DNA of 64,000 nucleotides, from the NCBI GenBank assembly GCA_965237805.1, contig OZ250153.1, forward strand, positions 1,469,043 to 1,533,042, in the 5' to 3' direction. Every line of letters starts with the position of its first letter. Positions within the stretch are counted from its first letter, which is position 1. A program made the position numbers and the translations under genes. Source of the DNA: Gammaproteobacteria bacterium (GTDB lineage: Bacteria > Pseudomonadota > Gammaproteobacteria > JABABF01). Positions 52,119-61,355 of the stretch are shown here, piece after piece. Below the pieces are notes generated by a model. That model saw only the letters and a program-made list of their open reading frames with translations, made no database searches and was not told the origin of the DNA.

Positions 52119-52712
52119 ATGGCATCTTGGCGCAATTCAAGCGGAGCCTATGGCTGGGTCAGCTGGGTTTTCCACTGGGGCATGGGGATGATGATCATCG
52201 GCCTGATCGTCATCGGCTATCAAGCGGCGCAGCTGCCGCCCGCGGCGGAGAAGGTGGCACTGCTGTGGTGGCACAAATCCTTTGGCTTGTTGGCCTTGGT
52301 GTTGGTGGGCGCCCGCCTCGCATGGCGCCGCGCCAATCCGCCGCCAGCCCTGCCCGATGCGATGTCTCAGCTGCGCCACCGCTTGGCGCAGATCAGCCAC
52401 TTCACACTCTACGCGCTGATGGTGATCCAGCCGCTGAGCGGTGTGATCATGTCGCGGGCCGCCGGTTATCCCAGTCCTTTCTTCGCTTTGGGGAAAGTGC
52501 CGCCGATGGCCGCGGAGAATGAAGCCTTGAGCGGGGCGATGCACACAGTGCATGAATATGGCTGGTGGCTATTGGCACTGTTGATCAGCCTGCACTTGGC
52601 CGCAGCTTTACACCATCATTTTGTGTTGCGCGACGGGGTGCTGCGGCGCATGTTGTGGCCACATGGTAGCGCGGCCACCGAGGCGGGTGATCGGCCAACT
52701 GCCCGGCGCTGA
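52119..52712 (+). CDS. Cytochrome b561 family protein
   Basis: 4-TM di-haem b561 topology with conserved His pairs (WWHKSFG...H...; ...SLHLAAALHHHF). Confidence 0.65.
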   Translation: MASWRNSSGAYGWVSWVFHWGMGMMIIGLIVIGYQAAQLPPAAEKVALLWWHKSFGLLALVLVGARLAWRRANPPPALPDAMSQLRHRLAQISHFTLYALMVIQPLSGVIMSRAAGYPSPFFALGKVPPMAAENEALSGAMHTVHEYGWWLLALLISLHLAAALHHHFVLRDGVLRRMLWPHGSAATEAGDRPTARR

Positions 52713-52733
52713 GCGCCGCCGCACTATTGCCGC

Positions 52734-53417
52734 TTAGGGTGTCGGCTGCCCCTCAACATAGCGGTAGCCCGTAGACGGCAGGCGTTCTCCGTCCAGCAAT
52801 ACGCTGTGGTCGTCCGTCACGCGCAGCTGCCCCTCGGCAAACCAGCGTATTGCCAGTGGCAGGATCAAATGCTCTTGGCAACGCACGCGTTCGGCCAGTG
52901 TCGCGGCGTCATCGCCAGCTTCGATTGGGATGGCGGCCTGCACGATGCGCGGCCCGCCATCCAGCACTTCGTCGACAAAATGCACGGTGCAGCCGTGCTC
53001 TGCGTCACTGGCGTCAAGTGCCTGCTGATGGGAGTGCAGGCCCGGATACTTGGGTAGCAAGGAGGGGTGCAAGTTGATCAGCTGGCCGGAGAATGGTGTG
53101 ACGAATACATCGCTCAGTATGCGCAGAAATCCAGCCAGCACGACCAGTTGCGGTGCCTCGGCTGTGACGATGTCCCTGAGTTGACGGTCAAACTCGTGGC
53201 GTTGATCGAAAGCTCGGTGATCGATAGCGATGGCGCGCACCCCTGCGCGCCGTGCCCGCTCCAGCCCCCCCGCTGCCGGGCGGTTGCTGATCACCGCCGT
53301 GACTTGCACCGGCAGCTGGCCAGCTGCCGCGCCGTCGAGAATGGCCTGCAGATTGCTACCCTCACCAGATAACAGCACCACCACCCGGCAGGGTGTCGCC
53401 TTGCGAGCCGCGCTCAT
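52734..53417 (-). CDS. purN: Phosphoribosylglycinamide formyltransferase
   Basis: VVLLSGEGSNLQAIL..., NLHPSLLPKYPG and catalytic His/Asp. ATGA overlap with purM. The upstream ORF extension overlaps purM and was rejected. Confidence 0.85.
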   Translation of the reverse strand: MSAARKATPCRVVVLLSGEGSNLQAILDGAAAGQLPVQVTAVISNRPAAGGLERARRAGVRAIAIDHRAFDQRHEFDRQLRDIVTAEAPQLVVLAGFLRILSDVFVTPFSGQLINLHPSLLPKYPGLHSHQQALDASDAEHGCTVHFVDEVLDGGPRIVQAAIPIEAGDDAATLAERVRCQEHLILPLAIRWFAEGQLRVTDDHSVLLDGERLPSTGYRYVEGQPTP

Positions 53418-54535
53418 GCGCCGCGTTGCCCAAACTCGATTTGATGGCTCTGTGTGGGCGGGCATGCCGCCACATATCCCAGCTGCCAAGCATCCAAACC
53501 CGTTGCCTGCAAGCTCTCCAGCACCGTTACCGCTCGCTGCGGCCGTGTGCACAGCACCATGCCGACACCGCAGTTGAAAGTTCGGTACATCTCCAGTTCA
53601 CCTTCGGGACCGTGCAGGGAGGCTGCATCTCTGATCCAGCTGAACAGCTCGGGCCACTGCCAAGAATCGGTGTGCACCACGGCGCGTAGCCCCGGTGCCA
53701 AGATGCGCGGCAGGTTCTCGATCAGCCCGCCACCAGTAATGTGGGCGGCGGCCTCGATCAGCCCCTCCCGTGCCAAATCACATAGCGCTGTGGCGTAGAG
53801 CTGGGTCGGTCGTAGCAATTGATCCAGCGGTGCGTCGGCACCGCGTCCGGTCGTATCGGCCAGCAATGTACGCACCAGCGAAAAGCCGTTGGCGTGCGCC
53901 CCCGAGGAGGCGATGCCCAGCAGGCTGTCGCCCAGCTGTGGGCGGTGGCTACCGAGCAGTTGTGCACGCTCGGCCACGCCGACGCAGAAGCCGGCCACAT
54001 CGAAGTCGGTACCCCGGTAAAGGCCGGGCATTTCCGCCGTTTCGCCGCCAGCCAAGCTGCAACCGATCTCGCCGCAGGCGGCGGCCACTCCCTCGAGCAC
54101 TGCCAGCGCATCTGCTGGTACCAGCTTGCCGGTGGCGAAGTAATCAAGGAAGAACAGCGGCTCTGCGCCGCTGGTCGCGACATCGTTGGCGCACATCGCC
54201 ACCAAGTCGCGGCCGATGGTCTCGAGCTGCCCATGTTGATGAGCCAGCAACAGTTTGGTGCCGACACCGTCGGTGCCGGCGACCAGCACCGGTTCGCGGT
54301 AGCCTGTCGGCAAGGCGAAGAGCGAGCAAAAGCCGCCCAGCGCATCGATCTGCTCAGCCCGCCGTGTCGCCTCGGCCAGTGGTTGTAGGCGGCGCATCAA
54401 CTCTGCGCCCACGTCGATGTCGACACCAGCGTCGCGGTAACCCAGTGGCGTGGTGGGCGATGGCGGCTGGTGTGCGCCGCCATCGGTCGCCGTGTGCGAG
54501 CGCGGGCGGCGGCCTTTGTTCGCAACGCTACTCAC
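53414..54535 (-). CDS. purM: Phosphoribosylformylglycinamidine cyclo-ligase (AIR synthetase)
   Basis: YRDAGVDIDVGAEL... N-terminal and C-terminal PurM domains. The true start is probably ~25 codons downstream of the annotated ORF start. Confidence 0.85.
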   Translation of the reverse strand: MSSVANKGRRPRSHTATDGGAHQPPSPTTPLGYRDAGVDIDVGAELMRRLQPLAEATRRAEQIDALGGFCSLFALPTGYREPVLVAGTDGVGTKLLLAHQHGQLETIGRDLVAMCANDVATSGAEPLFFLDYFATGKLVPADALAVLEGVAAACGEIGCSLAGGETAEMPGLYRGTDFDVAGFCVGVAERAQLLGSHRPQLGDSLLGIASSGAHANGFSLVRTLLADTTGRGADAPLDQLLRPTQLYATALCDLAREGLIEAAAHITGGGLIENLPRILAPGLRAVVHTDSWQWPELFSWIRDAASLHGPEGELEMYRTFNCGVGMVLCTRPQRAVTVLESLQATGLDAWQLGYVAACPPTQSHQIEFGQRGA

Positions 54536-54645
54536 GATTCCCGTCTGCCCACCTACTGCGCTGGGGCACTATTCTAACCGCCGCCGTCACCGCACTGGCA
54601 AGGCTACAATAGCTTTCCCATCGCTCGCACAGGCTGTCCGCGCCC

Positions 54646-55770
54646 ATGATGCCGCGCTATTTTGCTTTTGTGCTGGCGCTGGTTGCCGTGTCCATGATAT
54701 GGCCCGCATCGACACACGCCGAGGTTTTCCGCGGCCTGTTCACCGGCACGGTTCCGGTGTGGAGCCGCGATGTGGGTGAGCGCAAAGAGGCGACGACACG
54801 GGCGCTGTTGCAAGTGTTGATCCGCGCCAGTGGACGCTCATCGCTGAGCGAGAATGCCGCCTTGTTGGAGGGCTTGGCCAATACCCAGCGCTTGGTGCGC
54901 TCCTATCGCTATCTGTCGACGGAAGCGGATGAGCGCCTGCAACTCGAGCTGCGCTTTGAACCACGCTTCGTCGAGGCATTGTTGATCAATGCCGGTCTGT
55001 CGGTGTGGCCCGGCAACCGCCCCAATGTTGTTGTCTGGATGGTGCGTGGGGCACCGCAGTCGCGCTTGCGAGAGGTGGATGCCCAGCTCAGCAGGGTCGT
55101 GCGCGACTATTCTGCCCGCCATGGCTTCTTGGTGCGCTTGCCGCTACTCGATCTGGAGGATCGCCGAGCTGTTGCGCCCCGCGATATCTTGCGCCTGCGC
55201 CGCCAGCGTTTGTGGCGCGCTTCGGGGCGCTACCTCGCCGACAGCATCCTCAGCGGTGTGGTGGTCGGTGAGCGCAACTCATGGATCGGGCGTTGGTCCT
55301 ATCTCTACGGTGACCAGCTGCTCAATTTTGCGGTCAGCGGCGACACCGAGTTCGCTGTGTTGCGCACCGCGCTCGACACGATCCGGGCCGCTTTGACCGA
55401 GCGCCAGTCTCTCGACTCTACCACCGCACTGAGCGAGTCGATGCTGTTGTCGCTGGTAGGCGTGGAGCGTTTCGCCGACTACGCCGAGCTGCTGCGTTAT
55501 CTGCAGAACTTGGATCAGGTGCGCTCGGCATCGGTGGTGCAGCTCGACAATCAGCGGCTATTCCTATCCCTCGACGCGCAGGCCTCGCCCGATCGCCTGC
55601 GTGAGCTGTTCGCCCTTGATCGGCGTCTGACCGAGGAAGAGACCGCCGCGGTCGAGCTGGCACAGGCACAGGGCGACGATGGGGCTGAGGCAGAGGGTGA
55701 CGATGGGGCTGAGGCAGAGGGCGTCCAGAGCGCTACTACGCTCTCCTATCGATGGGTGCGCAGTCGTTGA
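54646..55770 (+). CDS. DUF2066 family periplasmic protein
   Basis: Signal peptide plus the DUF2066 pattern. It is in the conserved position between purM and hda. It contains an 8-aa tandem repeat (GDDGAEAE x2) near the C-terminus. Confidence 0.55.
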   Translation: MMPRYFAFVLALVAVSMIWPASTHAEVFRGLFTGTVPVWSRDVGERKEATTRALLQVLIRASGRSSLSENAALLEGLANTQRLVRSYRYLSTEADERLQLELRFEPRFVEALLINAGLSVWPGNRPNVVVWMVRGAPQSRLREVDAQLSRVVRDYSARHGFLVRLPLLDLEDRRAVAPRDILRLRRQRLWRASGRYLADSILSGVVVGERNSWIGRWSYLYGDQLLNFAVSGDTEFAVLRTALDTIRAALTERQSLDSTTALSESMLLSLVGVERFADYAELLRYLQNLDQVRSASVVQLDNQRLFLSLDAQASPDRLRELFALDRRLTEEETAAVELAQAQGDDGAEAEGDDGAEAEGVQSATTLSYRWVRSR

Positions 55771-56492
55771 GAGCAGTCGCCACTGGCCAGTTGCCACTGC
55801 CTTTGCAGCTGCACGGCGACGACGGCACCGCGACGCTGGAGGACTTCCACATCTCGTCCGCCAACCGCGAGGCTTGGACGGCCTTGAGTCGGCTGTCGGC
55901 ACAGCCAGCATCCGCCGTGTTATTTCTGCATGGTCCATCCGGTGCCGGTCTCAGCCATCTGTTGCAAGGCGGTTGCCGCGCTTGGCCAGCCGCGCGCGGT
56001 CGCGCTGGCTACCTGCCGCTGGCGGACAGTTCCTTGTATTCCTTCGCGCCGGCCGCGCTGTTTGACTCCTTGGAGCGCTGGGGCCTGTTGGCCTGTGACG
56101 ATCTGCAGGTGGTTGCCGGACGGCGGGACTGGGAGGAGGCACTGCTCAATTTCTGGGAGCGTCGCGGTGCGCACGGCACCGTGCTGTTGCTCGGCGCACG
56201 CTTGCCGCCCTCGGTGCTACCCTTTGCCTTGGCTGATCTGCGATCGCGCTGTGCTTCTGCCGTGGTTTACCGGCTACAGGCTCTAGGCGCTGAGGATGGC
56301 CCGGCGCTGTTGCGTCATTGCGCCGAGCGTCGCGGCCTGCAGCTCAGCGATGAGGTGGTGCGCTTTATCGTGCGCCGCTCCGGTCGCGATGCCGCTACGC
56401 TGCGCGATGTCGTGCACCGCTTGGATCATGCCAGTATGGTAGCCGGGCAGCGGGCGACGGTGCCGCTGGTCAAGGCGGTTTGTGGTTGGTGA
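55752..56492 (+). CDS. hda: DnaA regulatory inactivator Hda
   Basis: Degenerate AAA+ module (LFLHGPSGAGLSHLL) and a DnaA-domain-III-like fold in the conserved location. Confidence 0.75.
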   Translation: MGAQSLRAVATGQLPLPLQLHGDDGTATLEDFHISSANREAWTALSRLSAQPASAVLFLHGPSGAGLSHLLQGGCRAWPAARGRAGYLPLADSSLYSFAPAALFDSLERWGLLACDDLQVVAGRRDWEEALLNFWERRGAHGTVLLLGARLPPSVLPFALADLRSRCASAVVYRLQALGAEDGPALLRHCAERRGLQLSDEVVRFIVRRSGRDAATLRDVVHRLDHASMVAGQRATVPLVKAVCGW

Positions 56493-56579
56493 ACTGCCAA
56501 GTTTGAGCAGCTGCCTGCAGCATGGGAGGTGGTGTATGCTGGCGCAGCTTGGAAGCGATAGCGCGGGAGCGGCGAACTG

Positions 56580-57209
56580 ATGTCGGAGCAGCAACAAAAG
56601 AACAAAGCGAGCAATGTGCATTGGCACGAGGGGGAGGTCTCGCGCGCTGATCGCGAGCAGCTGTTGCGCCAGCGCGGCGGCACACTCTGGTTCACTGGCT
56701 TGTCCGGTAGCGGTAAGAGTACGATCGCGGTGGCCTTGGAGCAGCGTCTCCACAGCGCGGGCTGTCTTTGCTACCGTTTGGATGGCGACAATGTCCGCCT
56801 TGGCATCAACCGTAATCTGGGTTTCAGCGCCGAGGACCGCACTGAAAACATCCGTCGCATCGGCGAGATCTGCAAATTATTTGTCGATGCTGGCGTACTC
56901 GTGATGAGCAGCTTCATCAGCCCATACCGGGCCGATCGTGACACGGCTCGCCGCTTGCACGATGAGGCTGGTATGCCTTTCTTTGAGGTCTATGTCAGCT
57001 GTGCGCTGGAGGCTGCCGAGCACCGCGATCCCAAGGGTCTCTACCGCCGTGCCCGCGCTGGTGAGATCCCGGAGTTCACCGGTATCAGCGCACCCTATGA
57101 GGCTCCTGAAGCTCCCGATTTGGTGCTGCAATCCGACGAGCTCTCGCTGGCGCAAGAGGTGACTCAACTGCTGGCCTTTTTGGCCGAGCGCGGTTTCACC
57201 CAGCAATGA
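56580..57209 (+). CDS. cysC: Adenylyl-sulfate (APS) kinase
   Basis: Walker A (TGLSGSGKST) plus the APS-kinase DGDNVR and SFISPYR motifs. Confidence 0.85.
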   Translation: MSEQQQKNKASNVHWHEGEVSRADREQLLRQRGGTLWFTGLSGSGKSTIAVALEQRLHSAGCLCYRLDGDNVRLGINRNLGFSAEDRTENIRRIGEICKLFVDAGVLVMSSFISPYRADRDTARRLHDEAGMPFFEVYVSCALEAAEHRDPKGLYRRARAGEIPEFTGISAPYEAPEAPDLVLQSDELSLAQEVTQLLAFLAERGFTQQ

Positions 57210-58405
57210 GCACACTGGCACCGCCCTACGGCTCTTCGCGGCTGTTGCCGCGACTGGTCTCCCCCGAGCGTGCGGCACAATTACAGCGCGAGGCGCAGGC
57301 GCTGCCCTCGGCTTTGCTACACTCCGCCGCCGCCGCCAATGCCGTCATGCTGGGGGGCGGGTATTTCACGCCGCTGACGGGCTATATGAACCGCGCCGAT
57401 GCGCTCGGGGTGGCCGCCGATATGCGCACTGCCGACGGCCTGTTTTGGCCGGTGCCGATTTTGAATCGCCTCGCCGAGGAGCCAGCTGTGGAGATCGGCG
57501 GGCAGCTCGCGTTGCGTGATCCCAATCTGCCGGGTCAGCCGCTGTTGGCGGTGCAACACATTGCGGGGGTGGAGCATCTGTCTGCCGACGATCTCACGGC
57601 CTTGACCAGCGGTATTTTTGGCACTGAGGACCCCGCCCACCCGGGGGTTGCCACCTTTTCCGAACAGGGTAATTGCTTGCTGTCGGGGCCAGTGGAAGTG
57701 TTGCACTGCAGCTATTTTGAACGCGATTTTGCCCAGACCTTCCGCACCGCGATGGCGATACGCGATGAGATGGAGCGCCGCGGTTGGAGCCGTGTGGTCG
57801 CCTTTCAGACCCGCAACCCGATGCACCGCGCCCACGAGGAGTTGTGCAAAATGGCCAGCAAAGCGGTGGCGGCAGACGGCATTTTGATCCATATGTTGCT
57901 GGGTCAGCTGAAGCCGGGCGACATTCCTGCCGATGTGCGCGATGCAGCCATTCGCAAGATGGTCGAGCTCTATTTTCCAGAGAACAGCGTGTTGATCAGC
58001 GGCTACGGCTTTGACATGCTTTACGCTGGCCCGCGCGAGGCCTTGCTGCACGCCATCTTTCGTCAGAATTGTGGCTGCTCGCATCTGGTGGTCGGCCGCG
58101 ACCATGCTGGGGTCGGCGACTACTACGGTGCCTTCGATGCCCAGGCGATCTTCGAGCAAGTGCCCGCCGACACGCTGTCGTTGCAACCCTTCCTCGCCGA
58201 TCACACGGCCTGGTCCAAGCGCTTGGGGCGGGTGGTGATGATGCGTGATGTGCCCGACCACAAGCCCGAGGATTTCGTGTTGCTGTCGGGCACCAAGGTG
58301 CGCGAGATGTTGGCCGCGGGCGCGTCCCTGCCGCCAGAATTTGCCCGCCCAGAAGTGGCGCAGATACTGATGAAGTATTATCAGCATCAGTCGGTCTCCA
58401 GCTGA
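57206..58405 (+). CDS. sat: Sulfate adenylyltransferase (ATP sulfurylase, Sat type)
   Basis: QTRNPMHRAHEEL and GRDHAGVG motifs. ATGA overlap with cysC. Confidence 0.8.
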   Translation: MSTLAPPYGSSRLLPRLVSPERAAQLQREAQALPSALLHSAAAANAVMLGGGYFTPLTGYMNRADALGVAADMRTADGLFWPVPILNRLAEEPAVEIGGQLALRDPNLPGQPLLAVQHIAGVEHLSADDLTALTSGIFGTEDPAHPGVATFSEQGNCLLSGPVEVLHCSYFERDFAQTFRTAMAIRDEMERRGWSRVVAFQTRNPMHRAHEELCKMASKAVAADGILIHMLLGQLKPGDIPADVRDAAIRKMVELYFPENSVLISGYGFDMLYAGPREALLHAIFRQNCGCSHLVVGRDHAGVGDYYGAFDAQAIFEQVPADTLSLQPFLADHTAWSKRLGRVVMMRDVPDHKPEDFVLLSGTKVREMLAAGASLPPEFARPEVAQILMKYYQHQSVSS

Positions 58406-58480
58406 GCGCAGGGGATCATCCGAGCTGGGTACGCCCCCCGCTGTGCTCGGCGATCACCCGCTTAGGCAAGAGGGAGCAGC

Positions 58481-59272
58481 ATGTTGCTAACAGACAAAAT
58501 CGTGGTGGTTTCTGGCATCGGTCCGGGTCTCGGGATCGAGCTGGCGCTGGCCGCTGCCACCGAGGGTGCTGAGGGGGTGGTCGTAGCGGCGCGCACGGCT
58601 GCCAAACTGGACGATGCCGAGCAGCGCATCGCGGCACTGGACACCGGCACGGCGGTGCTGAAGGTGCCGACTGATATCGCCGATATGGTGCAGTGCCAGC
58701 GCTTGGTCGAGCAGTCCTTGGAGCGCTTCGGGCGCATCGATTCGCTGATCAACAGCGCCTACAACCCCGGCACATTCACGACCGTGCTCAATGCCGATGT
58801 CGAGGAGTGGCGCCGCATCATGGATGTCAATCTATTCGGCACTTTGAATATGTGTCGGGCGGTGGTGCCGGGCATGCAGGAGCGAGGTGGTGGCACCATC
58901 GTCATGATCAACACCTTGGTCACGCGCAAGCCCTTGGCCACCCAAGGTGGCTACGCCGCCTCCAAAGCGGCGCTGACAGCGGCCAGCGCGCATCTGGCGT
59001 TGGAGTTGGGCTCGCATAGCATCCGCGTCAACGCCGCCCATATGGGCTGGATGTGGGGGCCGCCGGTCGAGGGCTATCTGCGCGCTGCGGCTAAAGAGCA
59101 CGGTGTGCCGCTGGAGCAGATACGGGGCGAGATCGAGAAAAACATTCCGCTGGGCAGAATCCCCGACGATGCCGATTGCGCCAAGGTGGCCATCTTTCTC
59201 GCCTCCGATCAATCGATAGCGATGACCGGCGCTTGTGTCGATGTCAACGGTGGCGAGTACATGCCGAATTGA
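58481..59272 (+). CDS. SDR family oxidoreductase
   Basis: VVSGIGPGLG Rossmann motif, NSA..., YAASKAA catalytic motif. Confidence 0.65.
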   Translation: MLLTDKIVVVSGIGPGLGIELALAAATEGAEGVVVAARTAAKLDDAEQRIAALDTGTAVLKVPTDIADMVQCQRLVEQSLERFGRIDSLINSAYNPGTFTTVLNADVEEWRRIMDVNLFGTLNMCRAVVPGMQERGGGTIVMINTLVTRKPLATQGGYAASKAALTAASAHLALELGSHSIRVNAAHMGWMWGPPVEGYLRAAAKEHGVPLEQIRGEIEKNIPLGRIPDDADCAKVAIFLASDQSIAMTGACVDVNGGEYMPN

Positions 59273-59296
59273 TGGCCGCTACCGGTGCGGCGGCGC

Positions 59297-59710
59297 TCAG
59301 CCGGGCACCGCGCCCCAAGGCAGGTAGCGGTTGTCGCTCTGGCTGCGGATCCAAGTCGTGAGTTCACGATCCAGCGGTGCGCTACGGCGGCGTAGCGTGC
59401 GCGCAAGCGCGATGACCGGCGAGTGCGCATCGGCGCGCCAGCCGGGCAGGCGCATCTCGGCGACGGTGAAAAAGCGGATCAAATCCCGCAGTTCGTCGTC
59501 AGTGAAATGCTCGGCCACCGCATCCCATACCCCGTTTTCGTCGCGCTGCATCAGCACTGCGTGGCGTTGCTGCTCTGTGGGCGACAGAGCGCTCTCCAGT
59601 GTATCCAAGCCCCCGCTTTGGCACAGCGCGATGGCGCGCCGCAGGAAATCCATATCCGGCGCCGAGGCGGCTGGTGGTGCGTCGGGATCCCAAGTGCCAA
59701 CTTTCGTCAT
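59297..59710 (-). CDS. Hypothetical protein (137 aa)
   Basis: ORF with typical codon usage. No recognisable motif. Confidence 0.3.
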   Translation of the reverse strand: MTKVGTWDPDAPPAASAPDMDFLRRAIALCQSGGLDTLESALSPTEQQRHAVLMQRDENGVWDAVAEHFTDDELRDLIRFFTVAEMRLPGWRADAHSPVIALARTLRRRSAPLDRELTTWIRSQSDNRYLPWGAVPG

Positions 59711-59748
59711 CGCTCCGTGTCCTGAGGCGGGCTGCAGCTGAGCGCGCC

Positions 59749-60699
59749 ATGTCGTCCATCAATCATCACATCGCCACCGCTTCGACCTGCCGCCGCTCAG
59801 CGCACAGTGCACAGTCACCCGCTGCTGTCATTGTAGTGTCTCCTCGCCGCACCGGCGTGCCCCCCACACCACTCGTTATACGCTGCTTGGCGGCGGTTTG
59901 CCTGTGGGCTTGGGTGCCGCAGGTGGCGGCACAGGATATCGCGCCGCTGCAGCTGTGGGGCGATCTGAGTCAGGGGGGCTTGATGGTGGGGCGCGCCACT
60001 TCCGGTACTGAGTTGCGCCTTGGCAATCGTCGCCTGCGGCTTTCAGAGCGCGGTCTGTTCACTTTCGGTTTTGGCCGCGACGCGCTGCCCTCGGCTCTGC
60101 TCGAATGGCGTTTGCCCAGCGGGGTGTCGGGTAGCCGCCAGCTGGCGGTCGCAGCCAAAACATTTCCTTCACAGAGCATCACCGGCGTGCCGCAACACAC
60201 GGTGACGCCGTCCACCGCAGCGCTGGCGCGGATCCGTGCGGAGTCGACCGAGCTGCGTCGGGCACGCAGTCCGGACAGCGCTGCCGACGATTTTTTCCAG
60301 GGCTTCGTCTGGCCGCTGATCGGGCCGATCACGGGGGTCTACGGCAGCCGCCGCGTATACAACGGTGTGCCGGGCCGCCCGCACTACGGGGTCGACATTG
60401 CCGCCCCTATCGGTACGCCAGTGCATGCTCCGGCGGCGGGTATCGTGCGCCTCGCCCACCCCGATATGTACTACTCTGGCGGCACCGTGATCCTCGATCA
60501 TGGTCATGGTGTCACATCCTCATTTTTGCATTTGAGTAAAATCCTGGTACAGCGAGGGCAGCACTTGCGTCGCGGCGAGTTACTGGCGGAAGTCGGGGCC
60601 GGGGGGCGCGCCACCGGGGCACACTTGGATTGGCGCATCAACTGGTTTGGCAAGCGTCTCGATCCGGCGCGTTTGGCTGGTCCCATGCCACACGAATGA
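59749..60699 (+). CDS. M23 family metallopeptidase (signal peptide)
   Basis: LytM/M23 catalytic motifs HYGVDIAAPIGTPV and DHGHGVTSSFLHL. The start was taken at the first ATG clear of the upstream convergent gene; it may be further downstream. Confidence 0.65.
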   Translation: MSSINHHIATASTCRRSAHSAQSPAAVIVVSPRRTGVPPTPLVIRCLAAVCLWAWVPQVAAQDIAPLQLWGDLSQGGLMVGRATSGTELRLGNRRLRLSERGLFTFGFGRDALPSALLEWRLPSGVSGSRQLAVAAKTFPSQSITGVPQHTVTPSTAALARIRAESTELRRARSPDSAADDFFQGFVWPLIGPITGVYGSRRVYNGVPGRPHYGVDIAAPIGTPVHAPAAGIVRLAHPDMYYSGGTVILDHGHGVTSSFLHLSKILVQRGQHLRRGELLAEVGAGGRATGAHLDWRINWFGKRLDPARLAGPMPHE

Positions 60700-61347
<648 letters not shown>

Positions 61348-61355
61348 TCTCGGCT

